64,000 nt of DNA, taken from Eledone cirrhosa (taxonomy: Eukaryota). The stretch is taken from contig OZ024766.1 of assembly GCA_964016885.1 (NCBI GenBank), forward strand, positions 19,406,001 to 19,470,000, given 5' to 3'. Numbering within the stretch: the stretch's first letter is position 1; each line of letters opens with the position of its first letter. This document shows, piece by piece, positions 1 to 14,249 of the stretch. The position numbers and the translations under genes are program-made. The notes beneath the pieces are model-generated. The model was not told the origin of the DNA. It worked only from the letters and a program-made list of their open reading frames with translations, and did no database searches.

Positions 1-996
1 AGGCAAAAGAGCCTTTTTTTTTGTCAATTGAGGACAAGCAGCCCTTAGATGACCCCTGCTTGAACAGTAGTAACATATGGGCCTCCTACCCTCGGCTGAA
101 ATATATATAAATGTTTCTCCATCGAGGGACACCCTCTGTGGTATTCTAGCGATTCGTTCTGGTCTCATTTGGACCAGAACCTCCACGCTCAAACCGCCGA
201 AAACGTCTGTGGTGACTTCTCCTACTGAGAGGATTCCGTCCTCGTCTTCTAAAAATCCTGTTAGTACCCAGGAAATGCATGCATTTGGCCGGATTCCGGA
301 GACCCTTATCTTCTGCGTTCTTTTCCCTAAATATGTGGGGAAAAATGTATATATCTTGGAAACAATTGGTGCCACAGAGTATTTCCTGGCCGTCAATTGA
401 TCCTTCATTAGGACCGTTATATTCCCATAGAGTGGCCCTTTTTGTATGAACGATATATCACTCCACACATTTTTTAGGACCAGCTCAATCTCTTTTTGGG
501 ATAATTGAGTTGGTTTCCTTGTTATGTTGGAAATTGTTCTGAAAGATATCGTTCTTAGCGTCGTGTCTCTTTTGATTTCTTGTGGGGAGGTGATTGTGAA
601 GTCTCCTCCTTCTTTGAAAGTTACATACTGTTTCGCTTCCTTCATCTTTTCTCTCAGAGTTGTAATGTCCAGTTGCTTGCAGGTTTGTGTTTTCCGGACC
701 GCCTGTGCAAAGGAGGTACCAGTAGTGGGTTCACTTTGTTTGGTGTTATCGTTATTTTTTCCTTGGTTGGTGTTGTGACTATTGCTGTTATTGTCGTTGA
801 TGTTTTTGTCTGCGTTTATGTGACTTTCTGGGTTTTCACCCATTTCTACAAATTTTTCTTTTAATTCCGTGTTCCATGTTTCTTTTGCAGAAGTGAGGAG
901 GGAAGACTTAGAGCCTTGTGCTTCTAGCTTCTCTGTATCACCTTTCTTAGGGGGCGTGGCTTTCACGTTAGGATGAGATGTGAAAATTCCGTCCAT
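1..996 (-). mobile_element. ORF1 (gag-like, CCHC zinc knuckle) of an L1/Tx1-like non-LTR retrotransposon; partial, runs off the left edge
   Basis: Manual translation from the ATG at 996 (MDGIFTSHPNVK...) is open for 332 codons to base 1. It contains EGRRPICYYCSSRGHLRAACP (C-X2-C-X4-H-X4-C at 34-75) after a low-complexity N/T/K-rich N-terminus. Not in the ORF track because no stop lies in the window. Clade assignment is inference. Confidence 0.7.
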
Positions 997-1209
997 TTCT
1001 ATTAGTTTGCCGTAATAAATTTTTAACTGGAAAATTCGCCCCAAAAAGGGGCGAAAATAAATAAACTCAAAGTTTGACGACCAAGGCAAGGGGTTAACGT
1101 ATATTACAGTATAAAAAAATTAATCAAAACTCACTTTTTGAGTAAGTAAATCCGACTCGGTAGCCGAGCTTGTTCACACACGTCAACACACGTCTCTCGT
1201 ATACGAGAT

Positions 1210-4200
1210 GTTATGTGAGATATTATGTGAGGTAAAGCCTTTACTGTGACAATACAATAGTATATATAGAGTAATGTAAATGTTATGTGAGGTATTATGT
1301 GAGGTAAAGCCTTTACTGTGACAATACAATAGTATATATAGAGTAATGTAAATGTTATGTGAGATATTATGTGAGGTAAAGCCTTTACTGTGACAATACA
1401 ATAGTATATATAGAGTAATGTAAATGTTATGTGAGATATTATGTGAGGTAAAGCCTTTACTGTGACAATACAATAGTATATATAGAGTAATGTAAATGTT
1501 ATGTGAGGTATTATGTGAGGTAAAGCCTTTACTGTGACAATACAATAGTATATATAGAGTAATGTAAATGTTATGTGAGGTAAAGCCTTTACTGTGACAA
1601 TACAATAGTATATATAGAGTAATGTAAATGTTATGTGAGGTAAAGCCTTTACTGTGACAATACAATAGTATATATAGAGTAATGTAAATGTTATGTGAGA
1701 TATTATGTGAGGTAAAGCCTTTACTGTGACAATACAATAGTATATATAGAGTAATGTAAATGTTATGTGAGATATTATGTGAGGTAAAGCCTTTACTGTG
1801 ACAATACAATAGTATATATAGAGTAATGTAAATGTTATGTGAGATATTATGTGAGGTAAAGCCTTTACTGTGACAATACAATAGTATATATAGAGTAATG
1901 TAAATGTTATATGAGATATTATGTGAGGTAAAGCCTTTACTGTGACAATACAATAGTATATATAGAGTAATGTAAATGTTATGTGAGATATTATGTGAGG
2001 TAAAGTCTTTACTGTGACAATACAATAGTATATATAGAGTAATGTAAATGTTATGTGAGGTATTATGTGAGGTAAAGCCTTTACTGTGACAATACAATAG
2101 TATATATAGAGTAATGTAAATGTTATGTGAGATATTATGTGAGGTAAAGTCTTTACTGTGACAATACAATAGTATATATAGAGTAATGTAAATGTTATGT
2201 GAGATATTATGTGAGGTAAAGCCTTTACTGTGACAATACAATAGTATATATAGAGTAATGTAAATGTTATGTGAGGTATTATGTGAGGTAAAGCCTTTAC
2301 TGTGACAATACAATAGTATATATAGAGTAATGTAAATGTTATGTGAGATATTATGTGAGGTAAAGCCTTTACTGTGACAATACAATAGTATATATAGAGT
2401 AATGTAAATGTTATGTGAGATATTATGTGAGGTAAAGCCTTTACTGTGACAATACAATAGTATATATAGAGTAATGTAAATGTTATGTGAGGTATTATGT
2501 GAGGTAAAGCCTTTACTGTGACAATACAATAGTATATATAGAGTAATGTAAATGTTATGTGAGGTAAAGCCTTTACTGTGACAATACGATAGTATATATA
2601 GAGTAATGTAAATGTTATGTGAGGTATTATGTGAGGTAAAGCCTTTACTGTGACAATACAATAGTATATATAGAGTAATGTAAATGCTATGTGAGATATT
2701 ATGTGAGGTAAAGCCTTTACTGTGACAATACAATAGTATATATAGAGTAATGTAAATGTTATGTGAGATATTATGTGAGGTAAAGCCTTTACTGTGACAA
2801 TACAATAGTATATATAGAGTAATGTAAATGTTATGTGAGATATTATGTGAGGTAAAGCCTTTACTGTGACAATACAATAGTATATATAGAGTAATGTAAA
2901 TGTTATGTGAGGTAGTATATATAGAGTAATGTAAATGTTATGTGAGATATTATGTGAGGTAAAGCCTTTACTGTGACAATACAATAGTATATATAGAGTA
3001 ATGTAAATGTTATGTGAGATATTAAGTGAGGTAAAGCCTTTACTGTGACAATACAATAGTATATATAGAGTAATGTAAATGTTATGTGAGATATTATGTG
3101 AGGTAAAGCCTTTACTGTGACAATACAATAGTATATATAGAGTAATGTAAATGTTATGTGAGATATTATGTGAGGTAAAGCTTTTACTGTGACAATACAA
3201 TAGTATATATAGAGTAATGTAAATATGTGAGATATTATGTGAGGTAAAGCCTTTACTGTGACAATACAATAGTATATATAGAGTAATGTAAATGTTATGT
3301 GAGATATTATGTGAGGTAAAGCCTTTACTGTGACAATACAATAGTATATATAGAGTAATGTAAATGTTATATGAGATATTATGTGAGGTAAAGCCTTTAC
3401 TGTGACAATACAATAGTATATATAGAGTAATGTAAATGTTATGTGAGATATTATGTGAGGTAAAGTCTTTACTGTGACAATACAATAGTATATATAGAGT
3501 AATGTAAATGTTATGTGAGGTATTATGTGAGGTAAAGCCTTTACTGTGACAATACAATAGTATATATAGAGTAATGTAAATGTTATGTGAGATATTATGT
3601 GAGGTAAAGTCTTTACTGTGACAATACAATAGTATATATAGAGTAATGTAAATGTTATGTGAGATATTATGTGAGGTAAAGCCTTTACTGTGACAATACA
3701 ATAGTATATATAGAGTAATGTAAATGTTATGTGAGGTATTATGTGAGGTAAAGCCTTTACTGTGACAATACAATAGTATATATAGAGTAATGTAAATGTT
3801 ATGTGAGATATTATGTGAGGTAAAGCCTTTACTGTGACAATACAATAGTATATATAGAGTAATGTAAATGTTATGTGAGATATTATGTGAGGTAAAGCCT
3901 TTACTGTGACAATACAATAGTATATATAGAGTAATGTAAATGTTATGTGAGGTATTATGTGAGGTAAAGCCTTTACTGTGACAATACAATAGTATATATA
4001 GAGTAATGTAAATGTTATGTGAGGTAAAGCCTTTACTGTGACAATACAATAGTATATATAGAGTAATGTAAATGTTATGTGAGGTAAAGCCTTTACTGTG
4101 ACAATACAATAGTATATATAGAGTAATGTAAATGTTATGTGAGGTAAAGCCTTTACTGTGACAATACAATAGTATATATAGAGTAATGTAAATGTTATGT

Positions 4201-4940
4201 GAGATATTATGTGAGGTAAAGCCTTTACTGTGACAATACAATAGTATATATAGAGTAATGTAAATGTTATGTGAGATATTATGTGAGGTAAAGCCTTTAC
4301 TGTGACAATACAATAGTATATATAGAGTAATGTAAATGTTATGTGAGATATTATGTGAGGTAAAGCCTTTACTGTGACAATACAATAGTATATATAGAGT
4401 AATGTAAATGTTATATGAGATATTATGTGAGGTAAAGCCTTTACTGTGACAATACAATAGTATATATAGAGTAATGTAAATGTTATGTGAGATATTATGT
4501 GAGGTAAAGTCTTTACTGTGACAATACAATAGTATATATAGAGTAATGTAAATGTTATGTGAGGTATTATGTGAGGTAAAGCCTTTACTGTGACAATACA
4601 ATAGTATATATAGAGTAATGTAAATGTTATGTGAGATATTATGTGAGGTAAAGCCTTTACTGTGACAATACAATAGTATATATAGAGTAATGTAAATGTT
4701 ATGTGAGATATTATGTGAGGTAAAGCCTTTACTGTGACAATACAATAGTATATATAGAGTAATGTAAATGTTATGTGAGGTATTATGTGAGGTAAAGCCT
4801 TTACTGTGACAATACAATAGTATATATAGAGTAATGTAAATGTTATGTGAGGTATTATGTGAGGTAAAGCCTTTACTGTGACAATACAATAGTATATATA
4901 GAGTAATGTAAATGTTATGTGAGGTAAAGCCTTTACTATG
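1210..4940. repeat. 72-bp tandem satellite (~50 units, with 60-bp variants)
   Basis: Unit GTTATGTGAGATATTATGTGAGGTAAAGCCTTTACTGTGACAATACAATAGTATATATAGAGTAATGTAAAT; 60-bp units lack one TTATGTGAG subrepeat. Explains the spurious 1271-aa and 564-aa ORFs. Confidence 0.98.
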
Positions 4941-5412
4941 AAACATATTACTAAATACAGAGTATACTTAGGAATAAGGGGACAAAGTACTAGATACTAG
5001 GGATAGTAGCGTATGACTATATTATAAAGAGTCTGAACCCAACAGCTGAGTTCTTCCTGTTTCAACAACAGTTTATATGATCTTTGTTCAATAACCAACT
5101 ATTTACAGAGTGTACTGGGTGCCTGTTATCATAGTACCAGCAGTAGAGAAGTTGTCAGGTACTCCAGAGTCCCTAAGGGTGACATCTAACCAATATTGTC
5201 TTGGTTTATTTATTCACCATTTTACTCAGTTTACTGAGTGTATTCCATTTTATTAGTCTGGAAAAACATTCAACTTTGATAATAAATTGACCAAATTTGT
5301 AAATTCTATACTTTACAGTAGTTTCAGTGCAAGACTTGGTTAAATCTTCTACAAATAAACTAAGAAGAGTAATTTTTTAGTAAACCAGTTTTATTAAAGA
5401 CATTTACATTTA

Positions 5413-6370
5413 TGAAGGCACATGGCTTAGTGGTTACAGCATTGGCCTTGCAATCGAAAGGTTCTGAGTTCAATTCTCAGGCCGGGTGATGTGTTGTTTC
5501 CTTGAGCAAGACACTTTATTTCACATTGCTCCAGTTTACTCAGCTGTAGAAATGATATGATAGGGACTGGGGTCCCTATCATTCAACTGTAAAGTGGTCG
5601 TGGGGGTGCCACGGCAAAAAAGCACCCAGCACTCACTGTAAAGTGGTTGTGGAGGTGCCACGGCAAAAAAAGCACCCAGCCCTCACTGTAAAATGGTCGT
5701 GGAGGTGCCACGGCAAAAAATGCACCCAGCACTCACTGTAAAATGGTCGTGGAGGTGCCACGGCAAAAAAGCACCCAGCACTCACTGTAAAATGGTTGTG
5801 GAGGTGCCACGGCAAAAAAGCACCCAGCACTCACTGTAAAGTGGTCGTGGAGGTGCCACGGCAAAAAAGCACCCAGCACTCACTGTAAAGTGGTCGTGGA
5901 GGTGCCACGGCAAAAAAGCACCCAGCACTCACTGTAAAGTGGTCGTGGAGGTGCCACGGCAAAAAAGCACCCAGCACTCACTGTAAAGTGGTCGTGGAGG
6001 TCCCACGGCAAAAAAGCACCCAGCACTCACTGTAAAGTGGTCGTGGAGGTCCCACGGCAAAAAAGCACCCAGCACTCACTGTAAAGTGGTCGTGGAGGTG
6101 CCACAGCAAAAAAGCACCCAGCACTCACTGTAAAGTGGTCGTGGAGGTGCCACAGCAAAAAAGCACCCAGCACTCACTGTAAAGTGGTCGTGGAGGTCCC
6201 ACGGCAAAAAAGCACCCAGCACTCACTGTAAAGTGGTCGTGGAGGTCCCACGGCAAAAAAGCACCCAGCACACACTGTAAATGAGGTTGGTGTTAGGAAT
6301 CAAGCCAGAGTCAGTTCTCGTCCCACCCTTGCAAGCAGGGAAAAAGCGGACGTAAAATGAAATGATGATG
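5413..6370 (+). mobile_element. tRNA-derived CORE-type SINE with internal 49-bp array and (GAT)n tail
   Basis: A-box-like TGGCTTAGTGG and B-box-like GAGTTCAATTC. CORE-like CCTTGAGCAAGACACTT...CTCCAGTTTACTCAGCTGTAGAAATG. 3' end ...CCCTTGCAAGCAGGG...ATGATGATG. Flanked by a 103-bp direct repeat. Confidence 0.85.
5587..6281 (+). repeat. 49-bp tandem array inside the SINE (~14 copies)
   Basis: Unit CACTGTAAAGTGGTCGTGGAGGTGCCACGGCAAAAAAGCACCCAGCACT. Confidence 0.97.
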
Positions 6371-6452
6371 ATACTTTACATTAGTTTCAGCGCAAGTCTT
6401 GCTTAAATCTTCTCCAAATAAACTAAGAAGAGTAATTTTTTAGTAAACCAGT

Positions 6453-6458
6453 TTTATT
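6453..6458 (-). terminator. Putative AATAAA poly(A) signal of Z0 (second copy at 5390-5395)
   Basis: TTTATT on + within TTAGTAAAxCAGTTTTATT, a context conserved downstream of every ZNF gene in the window. Confidence 0.55.
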
Positions 6459-6689
6459 AAAGACATTTACATTGTGTTTACAGTCTTATTGTGTTTGTGT
6501 TTCATTAAGTCACTTTTACAAGAGAATGATTTACCAGACATCACAGTGATATGGCTTCTCTCCTCTATAGATATATGTTAGTCTCTGGTGAAGCCACAAC
6601 ATTTAGAGAATGATTTACTACACACATCAGTGATATGGTTCCTCACCTGTATATATATGCATGTGTGTAAATAAGCTTCCTATTTGGAA

Positions 6690-9029
<2,340 letters not shown>

Positions 9030-9267
9030 AGAATTTACAGATGTTCTTGTTATTTTTTATATTATATTCTTAAAAATATTTCTGCTATATTTTCCTGAAC
9101 TGTCATCACAGTTCTGAGGAAATATCTCACAGTAATTGAACTATAGATTTATATAAACAGTGTTATATAAGTTCTGTTTAAAAAGTTTTAGTTTTCAAAT
9201 GATGATAAATAGAGGGGATGTATCCAAGATTAAAAATAATAATTTTATCCCAATGTCATCTGATATT

Positions 9268-9290
9268 CTGAAATAAGAAAGAAACAGTAT
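9268..9290 (-). promoter_or_regulatory. Predicted 3' splice acceptor ahead of the coding exon (also at 27383, 33856, 41758, 50349, 58316)
   Basis: Minus strand reads TGTTTCTTTCTTATTTCAG|AATATC, a polypyrimidine tract plus AG conserved in all six complete genes. Confidence 0.7.
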
Positions 9291-9826
9291 GAGATAATAG
9301 AGAATACTTTAGAAACAGAGATAGATTTAACATTGGAAATTTTATATTTCTATATTGATAAACTGTAGATATCAACTTTCCTGTCCAGAGTTATTCTCTC
9401 CAATGTAAGCAGTGATATTCCACGATGCTCTATAAACTATATCCTTCTAACTCTTGGGAGGTCTGCCCTATAGCCTTTACCCAAGAACTTCATTCTTATA
9501 TGACATTCTAATATGGTAATTGTCTGAGACCTGAGATGTGTAACCTGACAGTTCCTTGAGTAACAGTTCTTTCTACCTGGAAGGGGAAAAGTGCTGTGTA
9601 ATTGCTTGATAACAGTCAAAGGATTCTCACACATGGCTACCCTAGGCACCCCAATAACATGACTTGTGTTAGGCTTGTAGACACAATTAGTGGGAATTTT
9701 TATTCGTAGGGATTACATAATTTTAGCGCTATTTTTTTTCTTTTTCTGTTTGGATGCCTTTCCACTCATCAACCACTTTACAGCAAGGACTGGATGTATT
9801 GTTTGTGGCCCTAGAGAGGTTATTTT

Positions 9827-10136
9827 CCATGGAACAAACTGCCTGCATCAGTTGTTAGCTGTTGAGACACTGCATCCTTTAAAACCTCCATGGAACAAAC
9901 TACCTGCATCAGTTGTTAGCTGTTGAGACACTGCATCCTTTAAAACCTCCATGGAACAAACTACCTGCATCAGTTGTTAGCTGTTGAGACACTGCATCCT
10001 TTAAAACCTCCATGGAACAAACTACCTGCATCAGTTGTTAGCTGTCGAGACACTGCATCCTTTAAAACCTCCATGGAACAAACTCCCTGCATCAATTGTT
10101 AGCTGTCGAGACACTGCATCCTTTAAAACCTCCATG
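9827..10136. repeat. 61-bp tandem repeat (5 copies)
   Basis: CCATG unit start (CCATGGAACAAACT...) at 9827, 9888, 9949, 10010 and 10071; partial sixth start at 10132. Confidence 0.95.
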
Positions 10137-10375
10137 CTTCCTGAGATTCGCCAACACTATACCTAATATTTCCCCTGAGCACTGTACATAATAATTTCAT
10201 TATTAATGTCAAAGATAAAGATAAATTCACCTCCTGCTGCCGGACGAGAATGCAAGGACTCCTCTTTATTTCAGACACAGATGGCTAACATAACCCCCCT
10301 CCCTGCGCTTCCAACCCATCACTTCCACCTATCAAACGAAATCCAAAACTTCAGAGTTGGTACCATTAATTTTTT

Positions 10376-11467
10376 CTAAGGCGGGTAAAATTCCCGAGAT
10401 CCATGGACGAGTTCTCTCCAGCGGTCTCTGTCCCTCATTATCGCTGCCATGTCCTGCGTCTCCAACAGACCAGTGTCTGTCCTTAGGGCATCAACATACG
10501 TTAACCTTGGTCTTCCTCTTCTAGTGTGTCCATGCAGGGGCTCCCACAGGAGCACTGAGTGCAGTGTCAACTCTGGATATCAGTGAGCATGTCCAGCTAA
10601 CCTCAGTCTCCCTCTTCCAGTGTGACCATGCAGGGGCTCCCACAGGAGCACTGAGTGCAGTGTCATCTCTGGATGTCAGTGAACATGTCCAGCTAACCTC
10701 TGTCTCCCTCTTCCAGTGTGTCCATGCAGGGGCTCCCACAGGAGCACTGAGTGCAGTGTCAACTCTGGATGTCGGTGAGCATGTCCAGCTAACCTCTGTC
10801 TCCCTCTTCCAGTGTGTCCATGTAGGGGTTCCCACAGGAGCACTGAGTGCAGTGTCAACTCTGGATGTCGATGAGCATGTCCAGCTAACCTCTGTCTCCC
10901 TCTTCCAGTGTGTCCATGTAGGGGTTCCCACAGGAGCACTGAGTGCAGTGTCAACTCTGGATGTCGATGAGCATGTCCAGCTAACCTCTGTCTCCCTCTT
11001 CCAGTGTGTCCATGTAGGGGTTCCCACAGGAGCACTGAGTGCAGTGTCAACTCTGGATGTCGATGAGCATGTCCAGCTAACCTCTGTCTCCCTCTTCCAG
11101 TGTGTCCATGTAGGGGTTCCCACAGGAGCACTGAGTGCAGTGTCAACTCTGGATGTCGGTGAGCATGTCCAGCTAACCTCAGTCTCCCTCTTCTAGTGTG
11201 TCCATGTAGGGGCTCCCATAGGAGCACTGAGTGCAGTGTCAACTCTGGATGTCGGTGAGCATGCCCAGCTAACCTCAGTCTCCTCTGTGTCACTTTTGAG
11301 CTGACTTTTGGGAGGCTCCCATACAGCTCTGAGTTCTTCATCCTCAGTGTATACTGATTAATGTTCAGAGCCATCCTCAACATTCTCGTGTAGCACCCAT
11401 CCACCATCTGAGTGAGTTTCTTGGCCAGTGTCCAAGTCTCAGACCCGTACAGCAGCACAGACTCCAC
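10376..11467 (-). mobile_element. 3' end of an RTE-clade LINE ORF with an in-frame 96-bp expansion
   Basis: ESVLLYGSETWTL...RRLRLAGH...RRGRPRLTYVD...RDRWRELV is the typical RTE C-terminal motif series. A 32-codon unit is repeated ~8x at 10520-11283. Confidence 0.88.
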
Positions 11468-13948
11468 TACAACAACGAGCCATCCTCAACATTCTCGTGT
11501 AGCACCCATCCACCATCTGAGTGAGTTTCTTGGTCAGTGTCCAAGTCTCAGACCCGTACAGCAGCACAGACTCCACTACAACAACGAGCCATCCTCAACA
11601 TTCTCGTGAAGCACCCATCCACCATCTGAGTGAGTTTCTTGGCCAGTGTCCAAGTCTCAGACCCGTACAGCAGCACAGACTCCACTACAACAACGAGCCA
11701 TCCTCAACATTCTCGTGTAGCACCCATCCACCATCTGAGTGAGTTTCTTGGTCAGTGTCCAAGTCTCAGACCCGTACAGCAGCACAGACTCCACTACAAC
11801 AACGAGCCATCCTCAACATTCTCGTGAAGCACCCATCCACCATCTGAGTGAGTTTCTTGGTCAGTGTCCAAGTCTCAGACCCGTACAGCAGCACAGACTC
11901 CACTACAACAACGAGCCATCCTCAACATTCTCGTGTAGCACCCATCCACCATCTGAGTGAGTTTCTTGGCCAGTGTCCAAGTCTCAGACCCGTACAGCAG
12001 CACAGACTCCACTACAACAACGAGCCATCCTCAACATTCTCGTGTAGCACCCATCCACCATCTGAGTGAGTTTCTTGGTCAGTGTCCAAGTCTCAGACCC
12101 GTACAGCAGCACAGACTCCACTACAACAACGAGCCATCCTCAACATTCTCGTGAAGCACCCATCCACCATCTGAGTGAGTTTCTTGGTCAGTGTCCAAGT
12201 CTCAGACCCGTACAGCAGCACAGACTCCACTACAACAACGAGCCATCCTCAACATTCTCGTGTAGCACCCATCCACCATCTGAGTGAGTTTCTTGGTCAG
12301 TGTCCAAGTCTCAGACCCGTACAGCAGCACAGACACCACTACAACAACGAGCCATCCTCAGCATTCTCGTGTAGCACCCATCCACCATCTGAGTGAGTTT
12401 CTTGGTCAGTGTCCAAGTCTCAGACCCGTACAGCAGCACAGACTCCACTACAACAACGAGCCATCCTCAACATTCTCGTGAAGCACCCATCCACCATCTG
12501 AGTGAGTTTCTTGGTCAGTGTCCAAGTCTCAGACCCGTACAGCAGCACAGACTCCACTACAACAACGAGCCATCCTCAACATTCTCGTGTAGCACCCATC
12601 CACCATCTGAGTGAGTTTCTTGGTCAGTGTCCAAGTCCCAGACCCGTACAGCAGCACAGACTCCACTACAACAACGAGCCAGCCTCAGCATTCTCGTGTA
12701 GCACCCATCCACCATCTGAGTGAGTTTCTTGGTCAGTGTCCAAGTCTCAGACCCGTACAGCAGCACAGACTCCACTACAACAACGAGCCATCCTCAACAT
12801 TCTCGTGAAGCACCCATCCACCATCTGAGTGAGTTTCTTGGCCAGTGTCCAAGTCTCAGACCCGTACAGCAGCACAGACTCCACTACAACAACGAGCCAT
12901 CCTCAACATTCTCGTGAAGCACCCATCCACCATCTGAGTGAGTTTCTTGGCCAGTGTCCAAGTCTCAGACCCGTACAGCAGCACAGACTCCACTACAACA
13001 ACGAGCCATCCTCAACATTCTCGTGTAGCACCCATCCACCATCTGAGTGAGTTTCTTGGTCAGTGTCCAAGTCTCAGACCCGTACAGCAGCACAGACTCC
13101 ACTACAACAACGAGCCATCCTCAACATTCTCGTGAAGCACCCATCCACCATCTGAGTGAGTTTCTTGGCCAGTGTCCAAGTCTCAGACCCGTACAGCAGC
13201 ACAGACTCCACTACAACAACGAGCCATCCTCAACATTCTCGTGTAGCACCCATCCACCATCTGAGTGAGTTTCTTGGCCAGTGTCCAAGTCTCAGACCCG
13301 TACAGCAGCACAGACTCCACTACAACAACGAGCCATCCTCAACATTCTCGTGTAGCACCCATCCACCATCTGAGTGAGTTTCTTGGTCAGTGTCCAAGTC
13401 TCAGACCCGTACAGCAGCACAGACACCACTACAACAACGAGCCATCCTCAGCATTCTCGTGTAGCACCCATCCACCATCTGAGTGAGTTTCTTGGCCAGT
13501 GTCCAAGTCTCAGACCCGTACAGCAGCACAGACTCCACTACAACAACGAGCCATCCTCAACATTCTCGTGTAGCACCCATCCACCATCTGAGTGAGTTTC
13601 TTGGTCAGTGTCCAAGTCTCAGACCCGTACAGCAGCACAGACTCCACTACAACAACGAGCCATCCTCAACATTCTCGTGTAGCACCCATCCACCATCTGA
13701 GTGAGTTTCTTGGCCAGTGTCCAAGTCTCAGACCCGTACAGCAGCACAGACTCCACTACAACAACGAGCCATCCTCAACATTCTCGTGTAGCACCCATCC
13801 ACCATCTGAGTGAGTTTCTTGGCCAGTGTCCAAGTCTCAGACCCATACAGCAGCACAGACTCCACTACAGCAACAAGCCATCCTCAACATTCTCGTGTAG
13901 CACCCATCCACCATCTGAGTGAGTTTCTTGGCCAGTGTCCAAGTCTCA
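11369..13948 (-). repeat. 109-bp satellite (~23.5 copies) derived from RTE coding sequence
   Basis: Period 109. Unit encodes VESVLLYGSETWTL(A/T)KKLTQMVDGCYTRMLRMA on the minus strand, continuous with the RTE fragment. Confidence 0.97.
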
Positions 13949-14249
13949 GTAAGGAGGGCAGTGAAGATCCTTGCTGGTACTTCCATAACAACACCAACCG
14001 AAATGGAAGACTGCTGACAGTGTGGGTACCATTAATGTAAGCACTTTAAAAGGTCACTCAAACAAGGTTTTATAGATGCTTGAACGTAAGAAACTTGATG
14101 ATCATGTGTTCAAAAGACTAGGTGGGTCTGCTAGATTCATTGTAAAAAACGATGCTATAAACTTTTCTGGGTGGGAAATGACAATGGGCTGAATAGAGTA
14201 GGAATTATGTTTGCAGAAAAATGGGTAGATAAGGTAATAGACGTTCATT

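Noticed and set aside
77-864. Plus-strand ORFs of 84-107 aa
   Set aside because: Antisense to the zinc-knuckle ORF.
1131-4946. 1271-aa and 564-aa ORFs
   Set aside because: Translations of a 72/60-bp satellite; two frames are open and the frame switches mid-array.
5415-5490. tRNA gene
   Set aside because: A and B boxes belong to a SINE head, followed by CORE domain and tail; no proper acceptor stem.
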